This document shows, piece after piece, positions 41,527 to 51,305 of a stretch of DNA of 64,000 bases; within the stretch, counting starts at the first letter, position 1; each line of letters begins with the position of its first letter. The DNA is from an uncultured Actinomycetota bacterium (lineage in GTDB: Bacteria > Actinomycetota > Actinomycetes > DATJPE01). The translations under genes were made by a program, and so were the position numbers. The notes below the pieces were generated by a model. It was not told the origin of the DNA, searched no databases, and worked only from the letters and a program-made list of their open reading frames with translations. The stretch is taken from the NCBI GenBank assembly GCA_963736655.1, contig CAVTPM010000004.1, forward strand, positions 30,793 to 94,792, in the 5' to 3' direction.

Positions 41527-42430
41527 TCAGTCGAGAAGCGCGGCCCAGGGTTCCTTGGTCGGGGCGACAGCTCGCCCCTCGGGGCAGTGCCGGGCGAAGT
41601 CGCACCAGGCGCACATCGACCCGGGGCGGGGAGGGAACGTCTCCGCCCAGTCGTCCGGCGCGGTCCGACAGCCCACCCTTCCACTCGACCTCGGCCGCCG
41701 CCGCTTCGGCGCCGATGGCCTCGGCCCGCCGCAGATGCCGCGTGAGTGACTCCTCGGTGTGGACCCAGCGCACGACGGTCGCGCTCGGCAGGTGGTGCAG
41801 CTCGACGGTGCGGCAGGGTTGGCGCAGGGTCCGTTGCGCTCCGAGGGCGTACAGCGCAAGAGCCAGCGATCCGCGGGCCTCGTCGGTGTCGGGGACCCAA
41901 CGTCCGGTCTTGTAGTCGACGACGACCAGCTCGGTGTCCGGGGGGTCCTCGTCGGCGCCCTCGTCGATGACCCCGTCAGCATCGACCACGTGACGTTCGT
42001 CGATGCGGTCCACCCGGCCGGAGACGGCGAGCGTGTCGGTACGAAGGGCCACGGTGCGTTCGACACCTCGCGGTTCGTCGTGGGGGTCGAGGCCGGAGAC
42101 GTACTGCTCGACCATCGCCCGCGATCGAGTCCGCCAGGCGTCGCACTGGGCGTCGTCGCGGAAGCCGTCGGTGAGCCAGCACTCCTCGACCAGGTCTCCA
42201 GCGGCTGCCGGCGTGCGGACGGCTGGCGGCAGGTCGTACCACCGCTTGAGCGCTGTGTGCACCGCGGCGCCGACGCTGGTGTGCGCCCACGGCGCGCCCT
42301 TGGGCGGGGTCGGGCGGTCGAGGTACGTCATCCGATAGCGGCGCGGGCAGTCCAGCCAGGTCGTCAGGCGCGTGGGGAAGGCGGAGAAGAGCCTGGTCGG
42401 CATCCCTTCGAGGCCGAGCTGCTCCGCCAC
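41527..42430 (-). CDS. PD-(D/E)XK (RecB/Cas4-like) nuclease family protein with C-terminal Cys cluster; one frameshift near 41700
   Basis: VAEQLGLEGMPTRLFSAFPTRLTTWLDCPRRYRMTYLDRP...VVVVDYKTGR (D..D/EYK motif)...; C-terminus ...FPPRPGSMCAWCDFARHCPEGRAVA (CxxC...C) is in ORF 41527..42066. Confidence 0.7.
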
Positions 42431-42431
42431 G

Positions 42432-43268
42432 TCAGGTCCCTGCTGCCGTGAGGGCCCGGAGGGCGGCGAAGACCTCGGGATCGGTGGTGTTCTCCCCGAG
42501 CCCCTGCAGCTTTCCGGTGCCGTGGTAGTCGCTGGAGCCCGTGGCCAGGAGCCCCAGCGAGCGGGCGAGGTCGGCATAGTGGGCGCGCGCGTCGTCGTCG
42601 TGATCGGGGTGATCGACCTCGAGGCCGGCGAGCCCAGCGGCAGCCAGCTCCTCGACGACGTCGTCGCTGACGAGGCGGCCGCGCTTCCCGGCGCCGGGGT
42701 GCGCGAAGACGGTCACCCCGCCCGCTGCCGCGACCAGGCCGATCGCCTCCACCGGGTCGGTGGCGTGATGCGTGGCGTAGTACGGGGATCTGGCGTTGAG
42801 CAGGTCGGCGAACGCCGCGTCGCGGTCGGGCACGACTCCTGCGCTGACCAGGGTGTCGGCGATGTGCGGCCGACCCACTGTCGCTCCCTCGGCCACGTGT
42901 CCCTCCACGTCGGCCCAGGTGATGGCGTACCCCGCCGCGGCGAGCCGGCGGACGATCTCCTTCGCCCGGGGGATGCGGTCGTCCCGATTGAGGAGCAGCT
43001 CGGTCGCGAGTTCGGGGTGGGTGCGATCTGGCCAGTAGCCCAGCAGGTGCAAGGAGATCCCGTTGACGGCACAGGAGATCTCGACTCCAGGGACGACCTC
43101 GACGCCGTACGCCGTACCCGCCGCCAACGCCTCGTCGATGCCCGCGAAGGTGTCGTGGTCGGTGAGCGCGACCGTCGTCAGGCCCGCGGCCGCCGCGGCG
43201 CGCACCAGGTCGGCCGGGCGGTCGGTGCCGTCGCTGGCCGAGGAGTGGGTGTGCAGGTCGATGCGCAT
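42432..43268 (-). CDS. PHP-domain (polymerase/histidinol-phosphatase-like) metal-dependent phosphoesterase
   Basis: MRIDLHTHSSASDGTDRPADLVRAAAAAGLTTVALTDHDTFAGIDEA... (HxH, DHD motifs)...HPGAGKRG...DHPDHDD. 278 aa. The upstream part of ORF 42432..43571 is non-coding-like. Confidence 0.8.
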   Translation of the reverse strand: MRIDLHTHSSASDGTDRPADLVRAAAAAGLTTVALTDHDTFAGIDEALAAGTAYGVEVVPGVEISCAVNGISLHLLGYWPDRTHPELATELLLNRDDRIPRAKEIVRRLAAAGYAITWADVEGHVAEGATVGRPHIADTLVSAGVVPDRDAAFADLLNARSPYYATHHATDPVEAIGLVAAAGGVTVFAHPGAGKRGRLVSDDVVEELAAAGLAGLEVDHPDHDDDARAHYADLARSLGLLATGSSDYHGTGKLQGLGENTTDPEVFAALRALTAAGT

Positions 43269-43351
43269 CTGCGCCGAGCCTAACGGCGCCCGCCCCTCCG
43301 CTGCGTCCGACGGATCGTGGCTTATAGCGCTCGGTGGGTCGGACGCAAGGG

Positions 43352-43990
43352 TCAGGGGGCGAGGCGGGGGGAGAGCGCGCCGAAGGGGAGATCGAGGGAG
43401 AAGGCCGGATCGCGCAGGTCGATGAAGGTCAGCCCGTCGTGGAGCAGGAGGTCGGCCGTCTCCGGCCACAGGACCAGCCACAGCCACGCGCCTCCCGCCT
43501 CCCCCACCCACACGGACCGGTCGCGGGCGACATCCGGGTCCTCGACGAGGCACCACAGGGGCGTCGGCCAACCGGCGACGTCGAGGTGAGCACCAGCAGG
43601 CCCGTCCGCGAAGCCGTCGCCCGGGTCGGGGCCAGGCAGCCCGGCGAACCTGGCCCCCAGCCCGAGGCCCGGTTCCTCCGCGACGACCAGAAGCTCACCG
43701 ACGCCGCCGAAGGGTGCCGGCCCGCTGCACGCCACGACCGTGGCCCTGGCCCCGGTGCGTTCGTCGCCGGCATGGGCGGCACCGGTGACCAGCCAGCCGG
43801 CGGGAAGCGGCCACGGCAGCCACACCGGGACCTGGGCCGCCTCGACCACCCGCCGCACGGACCCGTCACCGGGCGTCGTCGGCCGGTGATAGGGGTGGAC
43901 GGCCCCGTGCTGCTCGCACAGCCAGTCGCTGGACCTCAGCCCCGGGCTCAGCAGGGACCCGGCGCAACGCGGGCACTGCGGCTGTCTCAT
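43352..43990 (-). CDS. Hypothetical protein with N-terminal Zn-ribbon (CPRC...C..H)
   Basis: MRQPQCPRCAGSLLSPGLRSSDWLCEQHGAVHPYHRP... followed by a Trp/Pro-rich domain; internal Met chosen within ORF 43352..44140. Confidence 0.5.
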   Translation of the reverse strand: MRQPQCPRCAGSLLSPGLRSSDWLCEQHGAVHPYHRPTTPGDGSVRRVVEAAQVPVWLPWPLPAGWLVTGAAHAGDERTGARATVVACSGPAPFGGVGELLVVAEEPGLGLGARFAGLPGPDPGDGFADGPAGAHLDVAGWPTPLWCLVEDPDVARDRSVWVGEAGGAWLWLVLWPETADLLLHDGLTFIDLRDPAFSLDLPFGALSPRLAP

Positions 43991-44033
43991 CGAGCCTCCA
44001 CGCCGTGACGGTCCCGCCGAGGGGGTCCTCCGG

Positions 44034-45061
44034 TCAAGGGGCCGGCGGCACGAGCCAGCGCACCGGGACCCCGTGCGGTGGTGCCGTGCCGAGCAGCTGG
44101 TCGCTGAGGCCCTGCCCCGCGCTCCAGCGCAGGCGTACATCGAAGTCCTTCGCCGACGCCTCCGGTGGCTCGAAGGTGACGTGCGCGAAGGGGCTGTTCG
44201 CCGTCGCTGACTCCGCCAGTCGATCGCGTTCGCGAAGCACGTCGCGCTGCTCGTCGTCGCCGAGGTACTGCCACATGACGCTCTGCCAGAGCACCGTCAC
44301 CTGCCCGTCCACCGGCCGTACGTCTCGCAGCAGCTCGGCCGCACCGAGCCGGCGTACCTGCGCCGGCACCCGTCCGGCGATCGCGAGGGCAGCGCGCAAC
44401 CGCTCGAACCTCCGGAGGTCGTCGGGCCAGACGTAGGAGCAGATCGTGAGCCTTCCCTCGGTCGTCGTGGGGTCCACGGGGTCGAGGTCGCACCCCAACC
44501 GGTCGACGACGTGTACGGCGGTCCCGGCGGCAGCGCACCGAGGTCCTCGGGGCGGTGGATCGGCGCCAGTGCCTCGGCGCGAAGGTTCAGACCGGCGCTG
44601 GCCCCGATCTCGACCAGCCGGACCGGACGTCCGCCCGATCGGGTGCTGACCACTGCGAGGGACCCGAGGAGCGGGAGGGACCGACCGGTCTCGTTCGTCT
44701 GGGGAGGCCGGGTGAGGGTCTCGCGAACCGCGTGCTGGTGCTGGTCGAGAACGCCCCGGAAGAGCCGCCAGATCTCGTCGTCGGTGGCGACGTCACCGGC
44801 GACGTACCTCCCACCGACGCTCGGGTAGTGAAGGGCGAGCTCCGGCGCCTGCCGGGCGAGCACCAGCCGGTGAACCGCCCCGGTCAGGCGGAGCGCGACG
44901 GCCGCCCCGGGCGCGGCATGTTCGTAACCGGCCAACGTGTCGGCGGTGACTCCCCCAGCCTCGAGGTCGTCGGCGGCGCGGACGAGGAGCTCGGCGTACA
45001 GCGGCGAGCCCAACGATGCGCAGGCCGCGGCCTGTCGTCGGAACCGTTCGGGCTGGGCCAC
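44034..45061 (-). CDS. DUF2332 family protein; one frameshift near 44520
   Basis: ...ERFRRQAAACASLGSPLYAELLVRAADDLEAGG...LVEIGASAGLNLR... (ORF 44297..45115) continues ...GCDLDPVDPTTTEGRLTICSYVW...VLWQSVMWQYL... (ORF 44034..44498). Confidence 0.6.
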
Positions 45062-45062
45062 G

Positions 45063-45338
45063 TCACGGGCCGCCGACGGAGTCGCAGGCGTCCTGGACCG
45101 TCTGCGGGACGGCAACCTCGACGCCGAAGAACGTGGCCGTGCCGGCGCAGGTGTCGGCGTACTCGAGCAAGGCGGCTCGCTGCGTCCACACCGCGAACGC
45201 GAGGCCGAAGCAGACGACGAGCACGATGACCTTCATGACGACGGCCTTGATGACGAGGGCCAGCACGACCCCGAGCACGGGGAGGCCGATCCCGAGGATC
45301 AGCGCCCAGGTCTTCACGGTGTCCAGGTCGACGTCCAC
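45063..45338 (-). CDS. Small hydrophobic membrane protein (hypothetical, 2 TM)
   Basis: 91 aa MDVDLDTVKTWALILGIGLPVLGVVLALVIKAVVMKVIVLVVCFGLAFAVWTQRAALLEYADTCAG...; hydrophobicity pattern only. Confidence 0.4.
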   Translation of the reverse strand: MDVDLDTVKTWALILGIGLPVLGVVLALVIKAVVMKVIVLVVCFGLAFAVWTQRAALLEYADTCAGTATFFGVEVAVPQTVQDACDSVGGP

Positions 45339-45484
45339 CCGGCCATCCTGGCGTACGCCTGGCCTGCTGGGGCGCCATAGAGCGCTGCGCGACCGGGACC
45401 TCTGGCCCTACGCCGTGCGCCGGTTCGGGCAGGATCCTTGGAGCAGGACCAGGACCAGGACCGGGCACGAGCGTGGAGGTGGCG

Positions 45485-46854
45485 ATGACCGGGTTGAGAC
45501 CGGTCGGAGCGGTCGACGGCATCTGGCTGAACATGGACCGCCCGAACAACCTCATGGTCATCGACTCGGTCATGTGGTTCGACGACCCGGTCGACTGGGA
45601 CCGGCTGATCGCCGTGGTCGAAGCGCGACTCCTCGACCGCTACCCGTGTTCCGGCAGCGCCTCGTGGTCGGCTGGTTCGGCCTGGGTTCGCAGCACTGGG
45701 AGGACGACCCGGACTTCTCCCTGGAGCGCCACCTCCGCAAGGTGACGCTGCCCCCTCCAGGGGACGACGCGAGCCTCCAGCGGTACGTCGAGTCGCAGAT
45801 GCAGGTGCCGCTCGACCGGGACCACCCGCTCTGGGAGCTGCACCTGGTCGACGGGTACCGCGGCGGCGCAGCGGTCCTGTCGCGGTTCCACCACGCCCTC
45901 GCCGACGGGATCGCCCTCGCCGAGGTCCTGCTGTCCCTCACCGACGAGACCCCGGACGCCGACCGCGACACCGGGGACGACTCAGACACGGAACCGGAGA
46001 CCACCGGACGATCACGGTTCGCCGTACCCGGTGCCCGCAGCGCTGGTCAGCTTCTCGCCAGGCTCCCGTCGCTGGCTCGTCCGTCGGCCTTCGTCGAGGC
46101 CCTGACGCTCGCCCAGCAGACCAGCCACGTCGCGGACAAGCTGCTCCTGGGATCGAATCCGGCCACCCCGCTGAGTGGCGACCCCGGCCTCGAGAAGCGC
46201 GCCGTCTGGTCCAGCCCGCGGCCGCTGGCCGAGGTGAAGCGGGTGGGACGGCTCGCGGGGGCGACCGTCAACGACGTCCTCGTCGGCGCGGTGTCCGCCG
46301 CCCTCACGAGCTATCTCGTGGACCACGGGGGCGATGCGAGAGACCTGACGACCATGGTCCCCATCAACCTCCGCCCGGCCGGGGTGCCGTTGCCGCGCGA
46401 GCTCGGGAACCGCTTCGCGCTGGTGATGCTGCCGCTCCCCACCGGGATCCGGGCCCCCCTGGCGCGACTGTCGGAGACCAAGCGCCGGATGGACGCCATC
46501 AAGGTCTCGCCCGAGGCCTTCATCACCTTCGGGTTGATCAACGCGATCGGCATGACGCACCCGCGGATCGAGGAGGTGCTCGTCAACTTCTTCTCCGGCA
46601 AGGCGATCGGCGTGACGACCAACGTGATCGGGCCGATGCACGACCGGTTCGTCGCGGGCAGCCGGATCGCCGGTGTGCTCGGCTGGGTCCCGGGGTCCGG
46701 CCGGCAGACCGTCGGCGTGTGCATCTTCACCTACAACCAGACGGTCCGCGTGGGGTTCAAGGTCGATGCCACGGTGGTCCCCGACCCCGAGTCACTGGTC
46801 GAGGCCTTCGACCAGGAGCTGGACGACCTCGAGCGGATGGCCCGAGCGGTCTGA
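45485..46854 (+). CDS. Wax ester synthase/acyl-CoA:diacylglycerol acyltransferase (WS/DGAT); one frameshift near 45650
   Basis: MTGLRPVGAVDGIWLNMDRPNNLMVIDSVMWF...; conserved HHALADG active-site motif (...SRFHHALADGIALAEVL...); C-terminus ...NRFALVMLPLPTG... ATG follows a GGAGG RBS. Confidence 0.85.
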
Positions 46855-46870
46855 GGAGACGATCACGCAG

Positions 46871-47305
46871 ATGCCCACCGACGCAGCGAGCCAGACCCTC
46901 GAGATCGAGGCGCCGTACGACCGGACCCTCGCCACGATCCGTGACGTCGCCACCCAGCCCGACTGGGTCAAGGAGGTGAAGACCGCCGAGGTCCTCGAGG
47001 AGAACGCGGACGGCACGCCGTCAACGGCGCACTTCACGGCGGCGACACCGGTCGGCACGGACGAGTACACCCTCGCCTACGAGCACCGCGAGGACGGACT
47101 CAGCTGGTCACTCGTCGAAGGCCGCCTCCAGACCGGGCAGGACGGGTGCTACACCCTGCGGCGGCTCGGCAAGGCGCGCACCGAGGTGACGTTCGCCCTC
47201 ACGATCAGCCACAACCTCCCGCTGCCGGGATTCGTGCGGCGCAAGGTCCTCAACGGTGTCGTCAACAGCACCGTGACCGGCCTGAAGGGCTACCTCGAGG
47301 CCTGA
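46871..47305 (+). CDS. SRPBCC (START/Bet v1-like polyketide cyclase/dehydrase fold) family protein
   Basis: 144 aa MPTDAASQTLEIEAPYDRTLATIRDVATQPDWVKEVKTAEVLEEN...YTLRRLGKARTEVTFALTISHNLPLPGFVRRKVLNGVV... Confidence 0.65.
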   Translation: MPTDAASQTLEIEAPYDRTLATIRDVATQPDWVKEVKTAEVLEENADGTPSTAHFTAATPVGTDEYTLAYEHREDGLSWSLVEGRLQTGQDGCYTLRRLGKARTEVTFALTISHNLPLPGFVRRKVLNGVVNSTVTGLKGYLEA

Positions 47306-47376
47306 GGGCGCATCCGATCGAGCGAGGAGCAGGGCCGAGCGCGAGTGCGTGACCTCTCGAGAGGCACGAGCGGCCG

Positions 47377-48567
47377 TCAGAGCGCGTAGTCCTCCAGAAG
47401 ACGACGGCCGATGATCATCTTCTGGATGTCGGCCGTGCCCTCACCGATGAGCAGCATCGGCGCCTCGCGGTAGAGACGCTCGATCTCGTACTCCTTGGAG
47501 TAGCCGTAGCCGCCGTGGATCCGGAAGGAGTCCTCGACGACCTCCTTGCAGTACTCGCTGGCGAGGTACTTGGCCATGCCGGCCTCGACGTCGTTGCGTT
47601 CCCCGGAGTCCTTCTTCCGCGCCGCCATCACCATCATCTGGTGGGCGGCCTCGACCTTGGTCGCCATCTCGGCGAGCCGGAAGAGCACAGCCTGATGCTG
47701 GGCGATCGGCTTGCCGAAGGTGCTCCGCTGCTGGGCGTAGGCGATGCCGAGCTCGAAGGCCCGTTGGGCCACGCCGCAGGCCCGCGCAGCGACGTTGACG
47801 CGGCCGACCTCGACACCGTCCATCATCTGGTAGAAGCCGCGCCCAGGCGCCTCGCCGAGCACGGTGTCGGCGCCCAGCCGCAGCCCGGTCATCACCAGCT
47901 CGGTCGTGTCGACGCCCTTGTAGCCCATCTTGTCGATCTTTCCCGGGATGGTCAGTCCCGGCCGTACCTCGCCGAAGCCGGCCGGCTTCTCGACGAGGAA
48001 GGTCGTCATGTTGCGGTAGACCGAGTCGCCGCCCTCGTCGGTCTTCACCAGCACCGCGACGACCGTCGAGGAGCCCCCGTTCGTGAGCCACATCTTCTGG
48101 CCGTCGAGGACGTACTCGTCGCCGTCGCGCACGGCCTTGCTGGTGATGGCGGCGACGTCGGACCCGCAGCCGGGCTCGGACATCGAGAACGCCCCACGGA
48201 TCTCGCCGGCGGCCATCTTGGGGAGGAAGTGCGCCTTCTGCTCCTCGGTCCCGTGCTGCTTGATCATGTAGGCGACGATGAAGTGGGTGTTGATGATCCC
48301 GCTCACGCTCATCCAGCCGCGGGCGATCTCCTCGATGCACAAGGCGTAGGTCAGCAGCGACTCCCCGAGCCCGCCGTACTCCTCGGGGATCATCAGGCCG
48401 AAGACGCCCATCTCCTTCAGCCCTTCGACGATCTCCGTCGGGTAGGTGTCGGAGTGCTCGAGCTCCTGGGCGTGCGGGATGACCTCGGCGTCGACGAAGT
48501 CCTTGACCGTCTTGAGGATCTCCAGCTGGAGGTCGTTGAGACCCTCGGTGTGGGCCAGTCGTCCCAT
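47377..48567 (-). CDS. Acyl-CoA dehydrogenase
   Basis: 396 aa, intact: ...GAFSMSEPGCGSDVAAI...WLTNGG...YLASEYCKEVVEDSFRIHGGYGYSKEYEIERLYREAP... Confidence 0.9.
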   Translation of the reverse strand: MGRLAHTEGLNDLQLEILKTVKDFVDAEVIPHAQELEHSDTYPTEIVEGLKEMGVFGLMIPEEYGGLGESLLTYALCIEEIARGWMSVSGIINTHFIVAYMIKQHGTEEQKAHFLPKMAAGEIRGAFSMSEPGCGSDVAAITSKAVRDGDEYVLDGQKMWLTNGGSSTVVAVLVKTDEGGDSVYRNMTTFLVEKPAGFGEVRPGLTIPGKIDKMGYKGVDTTELVMTGLRLGADTVLGEAPGRGFYQMMDGVEVGRVNVAARACGVAQRAFELGIAYAQQRSTFGKPIAQHQAVLFRLAEMATKVEAAHQMMVMAARKKDSGERNDVEAGMAKYLASEYCKEVVEDSFRIHGGYGYSKEYEIERLYREAPMLLIGEGTADIQKMIIGRRLLEDYAL

Positions 48568-48650
48568 GATGGGGTCTCCTCGCGTGCGGTCCGGCGCTGC
48601 TTCGTGTGGCGCCACCGATGTTACTCGCCAGTACGCCCGACCCAGGCCCC

Positions 48651-49271
48651 TTAGGAAGAGAGGTTGTGCTTGGCCCACAGAGCGGCCGACGTGCGGTCAC
48701 TCACCCCGATGGCCTGGAAGACGCTGGTGAGGTGCGCCTTCACCGTGTGCTCGGTGATGCCCAACGCGCGTGCGATCTGCTTGTTGGCCATGCCCCGAGC
48801 CACCAGCCCGAGCACCTCGCGTTCCCGGTCCGTGAGCGCTCCACGAGGGGACGGCGCGAGCCGATCGGTCAGGAGGGTCCGCGCCACCCGCGGGTCCAGG
48901 GGCGATCCGCCTCGAGCCACGGCGCGAAGAGCGTCGAGCAACCCGTCCGGCTCGGAGTCCTTCAGCAGGTACCCCACCGCTCCCGCGTCGAGCGCGTTGG
49001 TGACCTGCTCGCGGTCAGCGAAGGAGGTGAGCACGAGCACCTGGACGGTCGGATCCTCGGTGACGATCATCCGGGTCGCTGTCACGCCGTCCATGCCCGG
49101 CATGGACAGGTCCATGAGCACGACCTGTGGCCGAAGCTCTCGGGCGAGCAGGACGGCTTCGAAGCCGTCCGCGGCACTGCCGACGACGGTCATGTCCTCC
49201 GCCGATCCCACGAGCGCCTCGAGCCCCGACCGCACCAGCAGGTGGTCGTCCGCCAGCAGGACTCGGATCAC
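48651..49271 (-). CDS. NarL/LuxR-family response regulator
   Basis: VIRVLLADDHLLVRSGLEALV...VVLMDLSMPGMDG... REC domain plus LuxR HTH ...LTDREREVLGLVARGMANKQIARALGITEHTVKAHL... GTG overlaps the kinase TGA. Confidence 0.85.
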   Translation of the reverse strand: MIRVLLADDHLLVRSGLEALVGSAEDMTVVGSAADGFEAVLLARELRPQVVLMDLSMPGMDGVTATRMIVTEDPTVQVLVLTSFADREQVTNALDAGAVGYLLKDSEPDGLLDALRAVARGGSPLDPRVARTLLTDRLAPSPRGALTDREREVLGLVARGMANKQIARALGITEHTVKAHLTSVFQAIGVSDRTSAALWAKHNLSS

Positions 49272-50614
49272 GGCTGCTCCACGAGCATCCGAACGCTCGT
49301 CCCGCGGCCCAGCGCGGAGCGGAGGTCCAAGGTGGCGCCCGACTGAGCCGCGAGATCCGCCATCACCAGCAGACCGACGTGCCCGTCAGCGGCGCGCGCG
49401 CGGAGAGCCCCTGCGTCGAAGCCCACCCCGTCGTCGGTGACGGTCAGCTCGAGGCGGCCCTCGGTGCGCGTGAGACGGAGGAGGACTCGGGAGGCGCGCG
49501 CGTGCTTGACGACGTTGCGCAGCGCCTCCTGGGCCACCCGAAAGATCAGCCCGTCGAGCGGCTCGGGCGGCTCGCCGCCGGCGGGGAGATCGACCTGGAC
49601 GTCGACGGTCAGCCCTCGGGCACGCAAAGGACCGGCAAGATCGCCCAGAGCGACCCCCAGTCCAGCTGCGCGGAGGCTCGGCGGGTAGATCTCGACCAGC
49701 ATGGTCCGCAGCGCTCGGATCGACTGCCGCACCGCTGCCGCCGCCGGCTCGAGGTCCTCGGCTCGCACGGTCCTGTCCGGCGTCCGGTCCATGGCGCCGG
49801 CCAAGACGTACGACGCGCCCGCCAGGTCCTGGACCACCCCGTCGTGAAGATGTCCCGCAATCCTCCTCCGCTCGTCGAGGGAGGCATCCACGGCCCGCCT
49901 CAGCAGGAGCTCTCGCTCGTCCTGGGCATGCTGGAGCTGTCGGAGCATGCGACGGGCCAGGGGGATCTGGACCAGGGCGAGCACGAGCACGACGAGGACG
50001 GAGATGGGGGCGAAGGCCACCCAGATGTCGCGCGCCCTGGACGCCACCGAGTCGTACCGGGCGTAGGTCTCGAAGAGCAGCGGCGTCCCGTCCACTGCGC
50101 GGATCGGGCGGTAGACCTCCAGCAGGGAGCCGCCAGCCTGCTCGAACTGGTTCTCCGGCCGCGAGACGCTGCTCAGCTCCGCCCTGCTGACACCGTCGGC
50201 CATGGCTGCGAGCTGTTCCTCCCCAAGGGGAAACGTCGTGCCGATCAGCTCCGGCTCGTCCGAGTACACGATGGTGCCGTCCGCGGTCCAGATCTTGACA
50301 CGCACGGTGGTCTCGTCGAGGACTCGGGTCCGGATGGCATCGTCGAGCTCTCCCAGCGCTCCGGGCTCCCCTGCGAGGACCCGTGGGCCGACGAGGGGCT
50401 CCACCACTGCGGTGGCAAGCAGATCAGTCGTCCGACGTGCGTCGAGCAGCGCCTCGTCACGAGCCACGGCCCGGCTGACGACCAGACCGACACCCAGAAG
50501 CAGCACCACGGCAAGGGTGTTCGCCACGACGAAGCGCCCCACGATGCGTCGGGGATCGGTGGTGCGCTTCCCGGGCGCTGCGTGGCCAGGGACCGGGTCT
50601 CCGGTGAGCCGCAC
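49268..50614 (-). CDS. Sensor histidine kinase (HisKA_3/NarX-like) with two-TM periplasmic sensor
   Basis: ...IVGRFVVANTLAVVLLLGVGLVV (TM1) ... second TM ...VAFAPISVLVVLVLALV... H-box ...RIAGHLHDGVVQDL... HATPase ...NVVKHARASRVLLRLT...TDDGVGFD... Start chosen at an internal GTG (50614), uncertain by ±100 nt. Confidence 0.75.
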   Translation of the reverse strand: MRLTGDPVPGHAAPGKRTTDPRRIVGRFVVANTLAVVLLLGVGLVVSRAVARDEALLDARRTTDLLATAVVEPLVGPRVLAGEPGALGELDDAIRTRVLDETTVRVKIWTADGTIVYSDEPELIGTTFPLGEEQLAAMADGVSRAELSSVSRPENQFEQAGGSLLEVYRPIRAVDGTPLLFETYARYDSVASRARDIWVAFAPISVLVVLVLALVQIPLARRMLRQLQHAQDERELLLRRAVDASLDERRRIAGHLHDGVVQDLAGASYVLAGAMDRTPDRTVRAEDLEPAAAAVRQSIRALRTMLVEIYPPSLRAAGLGVALGDLAGPLRARGLTVDVQVDLPAGGEPPEPLDGLIFRVAQEALRNVVKHARASRVLLRLTRTEGRLELTVTDDGVGFDAGALRARAADGHVGLLVMADLAAQSGATLDLRSALGRGTSVRMLVEQP

Positions 50615-50733
50615 CCAGCGGGCGGCATCGGGCTGTGGAGGAGAGGTGTCCTCCCCACGGCCACCTGTCACGTCGCCAGTCTCGCCCCGGTCGCGGCAGC
50701 CCGTCGACTGCCGCGCCGGGGCCACGGCCACCG

Positions 50734-51132
50734 CTACAGGCTGACGCGAGCCGTGCACGTCTGCCCGGAGCGCACGTTGGTGGCGACACCGACGAACCGG
50801 TCGGTTCCGGCGCGGTTGGCGACCCGCTTGTTCACCGAGAAGGAGCCGCTCGGCGCGAGGGTGGTCCGCGTGCCGGAGAACACCCGGACGCCGTTGTCCT
50901 TGATGATGACCGACCAGACCTGTCCGACCCGGTTGCTGTCGACCTCCAGCTCGAGCTCGATGCGGCCGTCGTCGGGCTTCGCCTTCATCTTCCACGTCGC
51001 GCTTCCGGAGCAGCCACCGCTGGCACGGACTGCGTCACTGCCCTTGGCGCTGGCAAGGGGGGCGACGGCCACGGTGCCGGCCACGAGGGCCGCGAGGGTC
51101 ATGGTTGCCGCAAGGGTTCGGGTGCTCTTCAT
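50734..51132 (-). CDS. Small secreted protein (signal peptide, 2 Cys) encoded directly upstream of the NarL-type TCS
   Basis: MKSTRTLAATMTLAALVAGTVAVAPLASA | KGSDAVRASGGCSGSATWKMKAKPDDGRIELELEVDSNRVGQVWSVIIKDNGVRVF...SGQTCTARVSL; beta-strand-rich with alternating pattern. Confidence 0.55.
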   Translation of the reverse strand: MKSTRTLAATMTLAALVAGTVAVAPLASAKGSDAVRASGGCSGSATWKMKAKPDDGRIELELEVDSNRVGQVWSVIIKDNGVRVFSGTRTTLAPSGSFSVNKRVANRAGTDRFVGVATNVRSGQTCTARVSL

Positions 51133-51305
51133 GAGGGTCTCCCAGAGTCGTGACCACCTCGGGTGGTCCTTGGATCGTCCGGCACAACGATCCGACGGAC
51201 GAGGTCGAGAACACCATGGGACCTTCGTCGTACGACAGTTCTTGAGCCGCTCTTAACACCCCCTGGGTGTCGACCTAGGACAGGTCCCGACGCCCGAGGG
51301 TCTGG

